The notes beneath the pieces are model-generated. The model saw only the letters and a list, made by a program, of their open reading frames with translations, did no database searches and was not told the origin of the DNA. This document shows positions 19,120 through 28,340 of a DNA stretch of 64,000 bases, piece by piece. Made by a program: the position numbers and the translations under genes. Position 1 is the first letter of the stretch. Every line of letters starts with the position of its first letter. Where the stretch lies: assembly GCA_021796435.1 (NCBI GenBank), contig JAJYXM010000016.1:374625-438624 (forward strand). The letters are read 5' to 3'. This DNA is from a bacterium (lineage in GTDB: Bacteria > Patescibacteriota > Patescibacteriia > 2-12-FULL-60-25).

Positions 19120-20685
19120 ATGGCTGCAAAAATTAAGTCCGAAAGGCTTTCAAAAGGGCCTGTTGTGGTGATTGTTTGGGATGGTTTCGGCATAAGCTCC
19201 AATAAAGAAGGCAATGCGGAATATTATGCCAAGATGCCTGTTTGGCATAAGCTTTTGGCGGAATATCCAGATTCTTTGCTTTGGGCTGATGGAATCAATG
19301 TAGGCTTGCCGCCGGGACAGCCGGGAAATTCCGAAGCAGGACATGCCACGATCGGAGCCGGCAGACCGGTCGAGACTGATCAGGTCGCCATAGATCGTTC
19401 GATACGCGACAAGTCTTTCGAGAATAACCAGGCTTTGATGCAAGCCGCGGCGCACTGCTTACGCAACAAGAGCACGTTGCACATGATGGGTCTTTTGACA
19501 GACAACAAAAGCGGTCATGCATCGCCTTATCATGTAGATGCCTTGATCGAATTCGCAGCGACGTTCGATCTGCCGCGCGTCGGCCTGCATCTGTTCACGG
19601 ATGGACGAGACACCTCTCCGTTCCGTGCGGCTTCCCTGATCGCCGAGCTGGAAAGGAAATTGCCGAGCAACTTCAAGATCGCCACCGTGATGGGACGTTT
19701 TTATGCGATGGACAGAAATAAGTATTGGGAACGTACGGCAATGGCGTATGCCGCGTTGACCTCGGGTCTGGGCGTAGTCGCGGAATCGGCGACTGATGCC
19801 ATAACGAATGCCTATACGCGCGGAGAAAGCGATGAATTCATCACGCCCACGGTCATCTGTCCGGACGATTACTGCGAAGCGCCGGTCATGGACAACGACG
19901 CGATGATCTTCTGGAATCTGCGTTCAGACCGTGCGCGTCAGCTGACCAAGCCTTTCGTCATGCCTGATTTCGAGAAGAAAGAGCATCATTCCTTCAGGCG
20001 TAAGGCCAAGCTGAAGAATCTGATGTATGTCACCATGACCGAATTCGCCAAGGATCTGGACAGCGTCATCTCGGCTTTTCCGCATCGCGAGGTCCCGGGT
20101 ACGATCGTGGAAGCCCTGCGTTACGATAAGCAGATGTATATCGCCGAGAGCGAGAAGTTCTCGCAAGTGACTTATTTCTTGAACGGCGGTTACGATAAGC
20201 CGAGGTTCCATGAGGAACGTATCCGTATTCCGTCAAGACGTGTCGCACGTTATGACCATTCGCCGCGCATGAAGGCTGATGAGATCGCCAGGAACGTAGT
20301 CAAATCCATCGGCGAGAAGTATGATTTTATCCTTGTGAATTTCGCGAATGCGGATATGGTCGGGCATACGGGTAACCTGAAGGCAGGCATCAAAGCCTGT
20401 GAAGCTTTGGATGATGCCTTGGGTGTGATCTGGAAGAAATTGAATAAGGTAAAGGGCACGTTGATCGTGACGGCTGATCATGGGAACGTCGAACGCATGA
20501 TCTCACCTTCCGGCGGAGCGGATACGGAGCATGACATGAGTCCGGTGCCTTTTCTTGCGGCAGGGGATTGCGTAAAATCAAAGAAGGCCCAGCGAGGGAC
20601 GCTCTCCGACATCGCTCCGACCGCGCTGTGGCTGTTGGGCGTCGAAAAACCTAAAGAGATGACAGGGCATAATCTGCTAAGATGA
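19120..20685 (+). CDS. gpmI: 2,3-bisphosphoglycerate-independent phosphoglycerate mutase (iPGM), copy 1
   Basis: VVVIVWDGFG, GNSEAGHATIGAGR (phospho-Ser region), TADHGN. Confidence 0.8.
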   Translation: MAAKIKSERLSKGPVVVIVWDGFGISSNKEGNAEYYAKMPVWHKLLAEYPDSLLWADGINVGLPPGQPGNSEAGHATIGAGRPVETDQVAIDRSIRDKSFENNQALMQAAAHCLRNKSTLHMMGLLTDNKSGHASPYHVDALIEFAATFDLPRVGLHLFTDGRDTSPFRAASLIAELERKLPSNFKIATVMGRFYAMDRNKYWERTAMAYAALTSGLGVVAESATDAITNAYTRGESDEFITPTVICPDDYCEAPVMDNDAMIFWNLRSDRARQLTKPFVMPDFEKKEHHSFRRKAKLKNLMYVTMTEFAKDLDSVISAFPHREVPGTIVEALRYDKQMYIAESEKFSQVTYFLNGGYDKPRFHEERIRIPSRRVARYDHSPRMKADEIARNVVKSIGEKYDFILVNFANADMVGHTGNLKAGIKACEALDDALGVIWKKLNKVKGTLIVTADHGNVERMISPSGGADTEHDMSPVPFLAAGDCVKSKKAQRGTLSDIAPTALWLLGVEKPKEMTGHNLLR

Positions 20686-22262
20686 ATATGAGACCGAAAC
20701 CTGTAGTGTTGATCGTAGTGGATGGTTTGGGCATAGCTCCGCCTGCCGACGGTAATGCCGTCGTCGAGGCGGAGATGCCGAATTTCAGGCGCTATGTCGA
20801 AAGTTATCCGGCGATGACCGTGCTGGCTTCTGGTTCGGCTGTGGGTCTTTCCTGGGGCATGATGGGTAATTCCGAGGTGGGGCACTTGACCATCGGAGCC
20901 GGTAGGATCTTCTTCCAAAGCATCCCGCGCATCAGTTTCGCCATCGAGAACGGAGAATTCTACACGAACAAAGTCTTTTTGGACGCCATCACGCACTGCA
21001 AGAAGACGGGCGGTAAGATACATCTGATGGGGTTGGTCTCGCCTGGCGGCGTGCACTCATCGGATGCGCATCTGCATGCATTGCTCGATCTCTACAGCCG
21101 CCAGAAATTCGATAAGGTATTCATCCACGCTTTCCTTGACGGACGCGACACCATCTTCAACAGTGCATTAGGTTTCATCCATGATCTGGAAGAGAAGATA
21201 AAAGAATACAAGGTCGGCAAGATAGCGACTGTCTGTGGGCGCTATTTCGCCATGGATCGCGATAACCGTTGGGACCGCATACAGAAGGCCTACGACGCCA
21301 TGACCAAAGGAATCGGCGATCTATTGGCGCCGTCCGCGAGCGAAGCGATACAGCATTGGTATGACCAGAAAGTCTACGACGAAGAAATTCCGCCGACGGT
21401 CATAGAGAAGGGCGGTAAGCCCGTGGCTATAGTGGAAGCTGGCGACGCGGTGATATTCTTCAATACCCGTCCTGATCGTGCGCGTGAAATCACCAAAGCC
21501 TTCGTGCTGCCGAGTTTCGAGAAGTTCCCGCGCGAGCAGATAAAGGATCTATATTTCGGGACCATGACGGAATACGAAAAGGATCTCCCGGTGTCCGTGG
21601 CTTATCCGCCGTTGGCCATAGACAATTGCCTGGCGAAGGTCGTCTCGGATGCCGGTCTGCGCCAGATGCATATCGCGGAGACGGAAAAATACGCCCACGT
21701 GACCTTCTTCATGAACGGCATGGTCGAATCCGAATTCCCTGGCGAGGACAGGGTCATCATCCCGAGTCCACGCGTCTCGACTTATGACAAAGCGCCGGAG
21801 ATGTCGGCGCCGCTCATCGCAGATCGTGTCGTCGAGGAGGTCTCGAAGGGTAGTTACGATCTGATCATCCTGAATTTCGCCAATCCTGACATGGTCGGGC
21901 ATACGGGCGACGAAAAGGCGACAGTCGAGGCGTGCCAGACGGTCGATAAATCCATCGCGAGGATAGTGGATGCAGTCTTGGCTGTTGGGGGAGTCGTACT
22001 CATCACAGCGGATCACGGTAATGCCGAAGAGGTGAAGAATCTGATGACAGGCGATATGGACAAGGAACATTCGACTAATCCCGTGCCTTTCATCATCATC
22101 GGAAAACAATTCGAAGGCGTACGCGCGCCTATCGGCGACGTGGTGGGAGGGGACCTTTCGTTGACTACACCGGTCGGCATGTTGGCTGACGTGGCGCCGA
22201 CGATATTGAAGATCATGGAACTGCCGCAGCCAGCGGAAATGACAGGAAAGCCGTTGATCTGA
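20682..22262 (+). CDS. gpmI: 2,3-bisphosphoglycerate-independent phosphoglycerate mutase (iPGM), copy 2, tandem paralog
   Basis: VVLIVVDGLG, GNSEVGHLTIGAGR, ITADHGN. Start overlaps the copy-1 stop (ATGA). Confidence 0.8.
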   Translation: MNMRPKPVVLIVVDGLGIAPPADGNAVVEAEMPNFRRYVESYPAMTVLASGSAVGLSWGMMGNSEVGHLTIGAGRIFFQSIPRISFAIENGEFYTNKVFLDAITHCKKTGGKIHLMGLVSPGGVHSSDAHLHALLDLYSRQKFDKVFIHAFLDGRDTIFNSALGFIHDLEEKIKEYKVGKIATVCGRYFAMDRDNRWDRIQKAYDAMTKGIGDLLAPSASEAIQHWYDQKVYDEEIPPTVIEKGGKPVAIVEAGDAVIFFNTRPDRAREITKAFVLPSFEKFPREQIKDLYFGTMTEYEKDLPVSVAYPPLAIDNCLAKVVSDAGLRQMHIAETEKYAHVTFFMNGMVESEFPGEDRVIIPSPRVSTYDKAPEMSAPLIADRVVEEVSKGSYDLIILNFANPDMVGHTGDEKATVEACQTVDKSIARIVDAVLAVGGVVLITADHGNAEEVKNLMTGDMDKEHSTNPVPFIIIGKQFEGVRAPIGDVVGGDLSLTTPVGMLADVAPTILKIMELPQPAEMTGKPLI

Positions 22263-22279
22263 TTAGGGTATTTTCTTTG

Positions 22280-22335
22280 CTGCGGAACTCCCCCGCCCTT
22301 CGCGAAAGGCGGGGTCAGACTTTCCGAGCCGCAGA
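22280..22335. repeat. REP-like GC-rich nested-palindrome element, copy A
   Basis: GCTGCGGAACTCCCCCGCCCTTCGCGAAAGGCGGGGTCAGAC...CCGCAG. 40 of 42 nt identical to 62337-62378. Inner 7-bp stem with a palindromic TTCGCGAA loop. Outer CTGCGG/CCGCAG arms. Confidence 0.6.
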
Positions 22336-22384
22336 AGCTGGTACGATCCGATCAGTCAAGAAAAGCAAGTAGAAAAATAATAGT

Positions 22385-23218
22385 ATGCCTGAATTGCCGG
22401 AGGTAGAGACTATAACCAGACAGCTGGATGAAGCATTGGCGGGAAAAAGAATCGAGTCCGTCGAACTTTTGAGGTCCGGGAGGGAGGAACCGGTGGGAAA
22501 AAAGTTCGTCGCATGTTTGACGGGCAAGAAGATCAAGAAGATAGAACGTCGCGCTAAGCTTGTCGTGTGGCGTTTTGCTGACGGGTCGGTCATGTTTACG
22601 CATCTCAAGATGACGGGACGCTTAGTCTTGGCGGATAAAGGGATCAAACCCGGTAAGCACGACCGGGCGATATTCGGCTTTTCGGTACGCGGTACGAAGA
22701 ACGCGGCACGAGACGTTTTAGTCTGGTCTGACGTACGACAGTTCGGTTTCATGAAATGCCTTTCGGCGGATGAGGCGAGGAAAGTCTTGGACGCATATGG
22801 ACCTGAACCTTTGGAGATCAGCGTCAAGGAATTCGCGGATCGACTCTTGAAGCCGAAGACACGTAAGGTGAAAGTAGCTTTGATGGATCAGTCGACCATC
22901 GCAGGGATCGGCAATATCTATGCTGACGAGGCTCTGTTCCGGGCTGGAATAAGACCGACTCGTCCATTGGGCAAGCTGACGGCTAAGGAACGTTCGGAGA
23001 TCGCGAAACAGGTCCAAAAATTGCTGAAGCTCTCGATCAAACACCGTGGGACAAGCGCGAACGACTATGTGGATGCGTCCGGCAAGCAAGGGAATTTTCT
23101 TAAGCTGCTGCAGGTTTACGGCAAAGGCGGGGAAAAGTGCGTGAAGTGCGGTACGCCGATAAAACGAATCGTCATCGGTCAACGTGGGACGCATTATTGT
23201 CCCAGATGCCAGAAATGA
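22385..23218 (+). CDS. mutM: Formamidopyrimidine-DNA glycosylase
   Basis: MPELPEVE N-terminus. C-terminal zinc finger CVKCG...CPRC. Confidence 0.85.
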   Translation: MPELPEVETITRQLDEALAGKRIESVELLRSGREEPVGKKFVACLTGKKIKKIERRAKLVVWRFADGSVMFTHLKMTGRLVLADKGIKPGKHDRAIFGFSVRGTKNAARDVLVWSDVRQFGFMKCLSADEARKVLDAYGPEPLEISVKEFADRLLKPKTRKVKVALMDQSTIAGIGNIYADEALFRAGIRPTRPLGKLTAKERSEIAKQVQKLLKLSIKHRGTSANDYVDASGKQGNFLKLLQVYGKGGEKCVKCGTPIKRIVIGQRGTHYCPRCQK

Positions 23219-23534
23219 TCGAGAAGTAGAGGAGTTATCCTCATTTTTTTCTTGTTTTTGATTTACGCATGTGCGTATTTTTTATAAGGATGTTTTTTCT
23301 GATTCCTTGTGGATAAAATCACAAGCTGTTGTTTTGAAATTAGGGCAATGAAAGTAAATGAAAACAGGCTTTTTTTGGCAAAGAGCACTTTAGGAGCGAT
23401 ACGTGGACACGAGCGTTGTCGTGGTGTCTTAGGGTATCTATACTTTGCACGCACCTACGTGTTCTTTTTCGTTTGGTCGTCACTTTCGTAGGTGGGGTGC
23501 ACGACTGTCCGCGACAGATGAAGAGGTTGAGGCT

Positions 23535-24398
23535 ATGCAGACATCGATCCGTAGTACCATCGTAGCAGTGGGCATCGCGGCTCTGGGTTTTGCCGCCATC
23601 GATTGCGGCGGCAAGGTCGAGACGAGTCCCGAGACGGACGTAACCGCCAGTAGCCAGCAGTCGCTGGCCTTCGACGAATACGGAAAGGATGCGGTCAGCG
23701 GTACCTTCACCGACGGCGACAACAAGCTCATCTTCATCAGCAAGTGGAGCGAAGGCGACAAGAGCGTGGACTTCCTGGCGGACGGCCAGCCCGTGGGCAG
23801 CGTAGGTTACGCGGCATCGAGCGGGCTCTTCACGGCGGACGCGGAGCTTACGCCGATCGGCAAACAGCTGATCCTCGGGCTCATCTCGAACCTGAAGACG
23901 CTCGACGAGAACGGGATCGCTGCGACCTTCGGTGACGACGTCAGCCAGACCGCGATGGGTCTGCTCTTCAACTATGCCTCGCACTACGCTTCGGCGCCTC
24001 TCGCGCGGGCGGTGCACTACGAGAAGGTTTGGCCGATCGACGGCGCGATGACGGTCAAGTCATACGGCGGCGAGGGCATCAAGTACCTCTGGGAGTGCAG
24101 CCGCAAGTCGTCGTACAAGTACTCGACGGCGGAGTGGACCGATTCTCGCGGCTATGAATCCGCGTACACCACGTGCGGTACCTGGGCTCCGGAGTGCGAA
24201 GGCCGTTGCGGTGCGGGTTGCCCGTGCAACTCGTGGTATTGCGTGAACCGCTATTACACGAAGGACTGCTTCGACCACGACGTGTGCCTGGACAACAATC
24301 CGGGCGACGGACACAACGATCCTTTCGCGCCGAATTGCGGTGACGAGTGGGGCGACGCTTCCGACGACGTGCTGTTCGGATCCTCCAGCGGTTGGTGA
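23535..24398 (+). CDS. Hypothetical secreted (lipo)protein with a Cys-rich C-terminus (GC-rich gene)
   Basis: RBS GAGGTTGAGG. Signal peptide with IDCGG near its end. About 12 Cys in the last 90 aa. Confidence 0.5.
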   Translation: MQTSIRSTIVAVGIAALGFAAIDCGGKVETSPETDVTASSQQSLAFDEYGKDAVSGTFTDGDNKLIFISKWSEGDKSVDFLADGQPVGSVGYAASSGLFTADAELTPIGKQLILGLISNLKTLDENGIAATFGDDVSQTAMGLLFNYASHYASAPLARAVHYEKVWPIDGAMTVKSYGGEGIKYLWECSRKSSYKYSTAEWTDSRGYESAYTTCGTWAPECEGRCGAGCPCNSWYCVNRYYTKDCFDHDVCLDNNPGDGHNDPFAPNCGDEWGDASDDVLFGSSSGW

Positions 24399-24473
24399 GC
24401 GCGAGCTGCGCACGCCGACGTCAGACCCCTAAAGAAGAACCGCATCATCCATCTTTGATGATGCGTCCTGCGG

Positions 24474-24510
24474 CCCGGTGAGCATCCTGCCCCACCGGGT
24501 TTTCCTTTTT
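24474..24510 (+). terminator. Intrinsic terminator
   Basis: CCCGGTG...CACCGGG hairpin followed by TTTTCCTTTTT. Confidence 0.6.
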
Positions 24511-24525
24511 CCCGATCGATTGCAT

Positions 24526-24548
24526 ATGATGTCTTAAAATGACATCAT
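24526..24548. promoter_or_regulatory. Perfect 8-bp inverted repeat (ATGATGTC-N7-GACATCAT) immediately upstream of nth; candidate operator
   Basis: Perfect palindrome 7 nt before the nth start codon. Confidence 0.35.
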
Positions 24549-24554
24549 AACCAG

Positions 24555-25208
24555 ATGAACTCGCAAAGCAATGCTGCGAAAACCGTGGCTATACTAATGA
24601 AACGTTATCCGCAGAAAGCGGACATGGATTTAGGTAACCCGGCGGATTCCTTGATCGCGACCATCTTTTCCGCCCGGACGACGGATGCGCAGGTGCTTAA
24701 GATGTTTCCGGCTTTCAGGCAGAGATTCCCGGATTGGAAGAGCCTAGCGCGCGCGAAAGAGTCGGATATCGCGAAATCGATCAACACGATCGGCTTGTAT
24801 CGCAATAAGGCAAAGTCCGTGAAAGCTTTGGCAAAGATGATAATCCGAGATTACGATGGTCGTGTGCCTAAGACGATGGATGAATTGGTGACGTTACCGG
24901 GCGTCGGACGTAAGACCGCAAGCTGTATCTTGTCGGCATGCTTCGATGTGCCGGCGGTGGCCGTCGATACTCACGTGTTCCGTATCGCGCATCGTCTGGG
25001 TTGGTCGAAAGGCAAGACACCGGAGAAAGTCGAGGCAGACATCAAGAAATTGCTGCCGCAGAAGATGTGGGGCGAGGTGAACCGTACGATGGTGCGTTTC
25101 GGACGTGAGATCTGCATCGGCGGAAAGAAGCCGAAGTGCTGGATGTGCCCAGTAGCCGAGTGGTGCGCGTATAAGCCGAAGACGAAAGAGCCTACGGAAA
25201 GACGTTGA
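24555..25208 (+). CDS. nth: Endonuclease III
   Basis: HhH-GPD LPGVGRKTA motif. Fe-S cluster C-x6-C-x2-C-x5-C at the C-terminus. Confidence 0.85.
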   Translation: MNSQSNAAKTVAILMKRYPQKADMDLGNPADSLIATIFSARTTDAQVLKMFPAFRQRFPDWKSLARAKESDIAKSINTIGLYRNKAKSVKALAKMIIRDYDGRVPKTMDELVTLPGVGRKTASCILSACFDVPAVAVDTHVFRIAHRLGWSKGKTPEKVEADIKKLLPQKMWGEVNRTMVRFGREICIGGKKPKCWMCPVAEWCAYKPKTKEPTERR

Positions 25209-25255
25209 ATTTCGGATTTCGTTTACCGAATGCTAAACTGATTACGCACAAGGAT

Positions 25256-25816
25256 ATGATTAGTGCATCTTTAGATTTGTTTTCTGTGAGCCTGATCCAA
25301 GATATTTTTTTGGCTAACCCGATGTCTAAAGCGGTCGCCGTATTTTTGGCGCGTTGGGCGATTTATCTGTTTCTGATCCCTATCCTTTATTTCGTGAAGA
25401 CGAGGAAGCAGGACCTGCATCACGCCGTCGCCGAAGCCGCTTGGGGTGGAGGTGTCGCGTTGATACTCACGACCGTGATGGCTTATTTCCTCCAAAGGCC
25501 TCGTCCTTATATCGACGCGTCGGGGATCGCGTTGCTGATCCCGTCGCCGCTCAACACATCATTCCCTTCCGGGCACACCGCGGCGTCATTCGCTATCGCG
25601 TTCGCCATCCTGTATGCCGATAAGCGCTGGGGGATTTTCGCTCTGGTGTTGGCTTGTTCGATAGCGCTTGGTAGAATCGCAGTCGGAGTGCATTATCCGA
25701 GCGACATAGTCGGAGGTGTGTTGGTCGGTTTCGCCAGTTTCGCGTTGGTCAGGTTCATGCATGGCGAATTGACGCGTCGCGATGTCGCGCCACATAACGG
25801 CAAAGCAAAAAGATGA
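25256..25816 (+). CDS. PAP2-family phosphatase (undecaprenyl-diphosphatase/phosphatidate-phosphatase-like)
   Basis: PSGHTAASF and GVHYPSDIVGG PAP2 motifs. Start uncertain: a TTG at 25205 overlapping the nth stop is an alternative. Confidence 0.65.
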   Translation: MISASLDLFSVSLIQDIFLANPMSKAVAVFLARWAIYLFLIPILYFVKTRKQDLHHAVAEAAWGGGVALILTTVMAYFLQRPRPYIDASGIALLIPSPLNTSFPSGHTAASFAIAFAILYADKRWGIFALVLACSIALGRIAVGVHYPSDIVGGVLVGFASFALVRFMHGELTRRDVAPHNGKAKR

Positions 25817-26841
25817 AAAAGATGATATTCGTGTTGGCGTTGATCCTGCTTTTTACGGCGGGCTTTTTTTCTTGGTTCGCGCCGGCGGCTTGGCTGTCCA
25901 AACCTGACCAGAATGCCCAGAGCATGAAGTTCACGGTCCCGGAGGGCGCGACGGCCGGTGAAGTGGGGCAGGCGTTGCAGCAAAGAGGGGTCATCGCTTC
26001 GGCTTGGGGATATGGCCTTTACATCAAGATGGATGCTACGGCGCAACGCCCGAAGGCAGGCGATTATCAGGTGAAGACGGGAATGAGTTACCGCAGCCTT
26101 GCGCGGCTCTTCGCTTTAGGCCCGGAGAGGAACGAGATAGGGGTGAAGATAATCGAAGGTTGGAACCTAAGCGATGAAGAGGGCGCTTTGGCGAAGTTGG
26201 GCGTGGCAGGTAAGGACTTCCGTGCGTTGACGGGTAACTATAAGGCCAGACAACCTTATGCCTCCAGTCTGAAAAATGACTATCTGTTCTTGTCGGAGTT
26301 GCCTGAAGGAGCGTCGCTCGAAGGTTTTTTGTTCCCGGATACGTATCGCGTGTGGCAAGACCAGCTGCCGGAAAGCCTGGTGCGTAAGCAATTGACGCAG
26401 TTCTCTAAGGTCTATGACGAAATTTCTCCGGAGCTGAAGAAGCAGGGGAAGGGCCTGGATGACGTCATCATCCTTGCCTCCATCGTGGAGCGCGAGGCGA
26501 CGGATCTGGCGGATAAGAAGATGATCGCAGGAATATACCTGAATCGCATCAAGCGCGGGATGCTGTTGCAATCCGATGCGACGGTGAATTACGTGACCGG
26601 CGCCGGACGTGCCAGACCGACTTTGGATGATTTGGCCGTCGATTCACCATTCAATACCTATAAATATAAGGGCCTGCCTCCGGCACCGATCTGCAACCCG
26701 GGCAAGGATTCGATCATGGCAGCGTTGGATCCTACGCCGTCGGATTATCTATACTATCTGCACGATGCCGACGGAAAAAGCTACTACGCCAAGACCCTGG
26801 ATGAACATATCAAAAATCGTTATAAGGCTTACGGGGAGTAA
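25813..26841 (+). CDS. mltG: Endolytic murein transglycosylase MltG (YceG-like)
   Basis: N-terminal TM. YceG-like sequence including ...LYYLHDADGKSYYAKTL.... Confidence 0.75.
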   Translation: MKKMIFVLALILLFTAGFFSWFAPAAWLSKPDQNAQSMKFTVPEGATAGEVGQALQQRGVIASAWGYGLYIKMDATAQRPKAGDYQVKTGMSYRSLARLFALGPERNEIGVKIIEGWNLSDEEGALAKLGVAGKDFRALTGNYKARQPYASSLKNDYLFLSELPEGASLEGFLFPDTYRVWQDQLPESLVRKQLTQFSKVYDEISPELKKQGKGLDDVIILASIVEREATDLADKKMIAGIYLNRIKRGMLLQSDATVNYVTGAGRARPTLDDLAVDSPFNTYKYKGLPPAPICNPGKDSIMAALDPTPSDYLYYLHDADGKSYYAKTLDEHIKNRYKAYGE

Positions 26842-26965
26842 TCCGTAGTTATTATCAGATTCCTTTGTTTTTACTTGTTTTTGATATTCTTAGGTTGACA
26901 TTTTCAACAGTTCTAGTTAACTTTACCCATTCCATTTACGGAATGAGGCTCTTTCCACGAAAGGG

Positions 26966-28276
26966 TTGGCCATGCTCTGTTATCTCCCGGAGGAAGTGAC
27001 GGTCAGGAATTCCAAGGGTAGTCTGACGGCAGTACTTGGCAGGTTGCCTTGGGGCGGGGACCATATGGTCCTGAAAGACGGTGCGCTCGAGCAGCCGCCG
27101 GGCAAGAACGGCGAGGTGCTCGTACCCGCCGGATCATTCTGGCGCAGCAACGCAGAGCTGAGGTCGCGGACCAAGGGCAAGTCCACGCATGCGCAACTCG
27201 TCGATCTGTACGAGCTGGAGCTTGCAGGCCGGCATACGCTGCTCTTCGAGAAGTTCGACAAGGATGAGATGCGGCAGCGGATCGCGGCGCAACGGGATTT
27301 CTCGATCTTCATGCTGAACTTCCCGGCGACGACGGAGGACGAGCGCCGCCTGCTTTTCGAGACGCATTACGGTCTGGCGGGTAAGCTCGCCAAGGTCCGT
27401 GACAGCGACAAGATCGCAGCGCGCGAGATGATGCATGCAGCGTTTAGCCTCCTCGATTCGAGCGGCCGGCCGAACCCGGTAGCGAAGGCCATGCAGAGCG
27501 GCGGCGCCATCGGGCGCTTCAAGACGCGCAGCGCACGGGCGACGGCCATCGCTGATTTCGAGGAGTGGCGCACCAGAAAGGTCGTCGAGGTGATCGACGA
27601 CCATCTGTATCTGTATGGGCGCCTGTGGATGGCGCTCAGCATGGCACAGAGGTCAGGAGTGGCTGACGTCGCGGAGAGGATTTTCACGGAAGACACCTAC
27701 TTGAGGATCGGCCCGGACAACTGGCTGAGCGACGTACGAGGTCAGGATGGGTTGCGCGCAGCCGCGCAGGTCATCCGATCCTTCATCGATCCGCTCTCGA
27801 CCATCCAGGTGTTGCCGTTCCGCAAGAACACAGCGCATGTGCTGAAGGAGCTCAGGCTCGCGCAGCAACTCTGCGAGCAGGGCAAAAGGCTGGAGCTCGT
27901 CTCCCTGTTGCGCAAGACGCGTCGCGGCTTGCGCTGGGTCTTCGCCCTGCATGCACTACAGCATGACGTGAACATGCCTCTCTCATTGCTTTTGGACGCC
28001 CTGCGCAAGCTCTACTCCAAGAATCTCGTGGAGGATGGTACCGGGCGGCGTAGGGTCGTGATCCCTCGTTCTGCGGCGCCGGATCACTTCGCCGTGATCG
28101 AGAGCGCTCTCGAGTCGGTCAGGACCAGGATCGAAGAAAAGTGCAACGAGGACGACCTCGACCACAAGATCAAGAAGCAGGTCGAGATCTACCTCGCCAC
28201 AGCGCAGGTGGCCCTCGCCGAGGACAACTGGACAGTGGCCCAGAAGAACATAGTCAAAGCGGCCAGGCTCATGTAG
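26966..28276 (+). CDS. Hypothetical protein (GC-rich)
   Basis: RBS AAAGGG. No recognisable domain. Confidence 0.45.
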   Translation: MAMLCYLPEEVTVRNSKGSLTAVLGRLPWGGDHMVLKDGALEQPPGKNGEVLVPAGSFWRSNAELRSRTKGKSTHAQLVDLYELELAGRHTLLFEKFDKDEMRQRIAAQRDFSIFMLNFPATTEDERRLLFETHYGLAGKLAKVRDSDKIAAREMMHAAFSLLDSSGRPNPVAKAMQSGGAIGRFKTRSARATAIADFEEWRTRKVVEVIDDHLYLYGRLWMALSMAQRSGVADVAERIFTEDTYLRIGPDNWLSDVRGQDGLRAAAQVIRSFIDPLSTIQVLPFRKNTAHVLKELRLAQQLCEQGKRLELVSLLRKTRRGLRWVFALHALQHDVNMPLSLLLDALRKLYSKNLVEDGTGRRRVVIPRSAAPDHFAVIESALESVRTRIEEKCNEDDLDHKIKKQVEIYLATAQVALAEDNWTVAQKNIVKAARLM

Positions 28277-28296
28277 CCCAGCCGCCCTCATGGCAC

Positions 28297-28340
28297 GCGC
28301 CGCCCACCGAATCTGGTGAGGCGGCGCTCTTCAAATTTAT
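28297..28340. terminator. Bidirectional terminator-like hairpin between convergent genes
   Basis: GCGCCGCC...GGCGGCGC 8-bp stem followed by TCTTCAAATTTATTTCTT. Confidence 0.45.
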
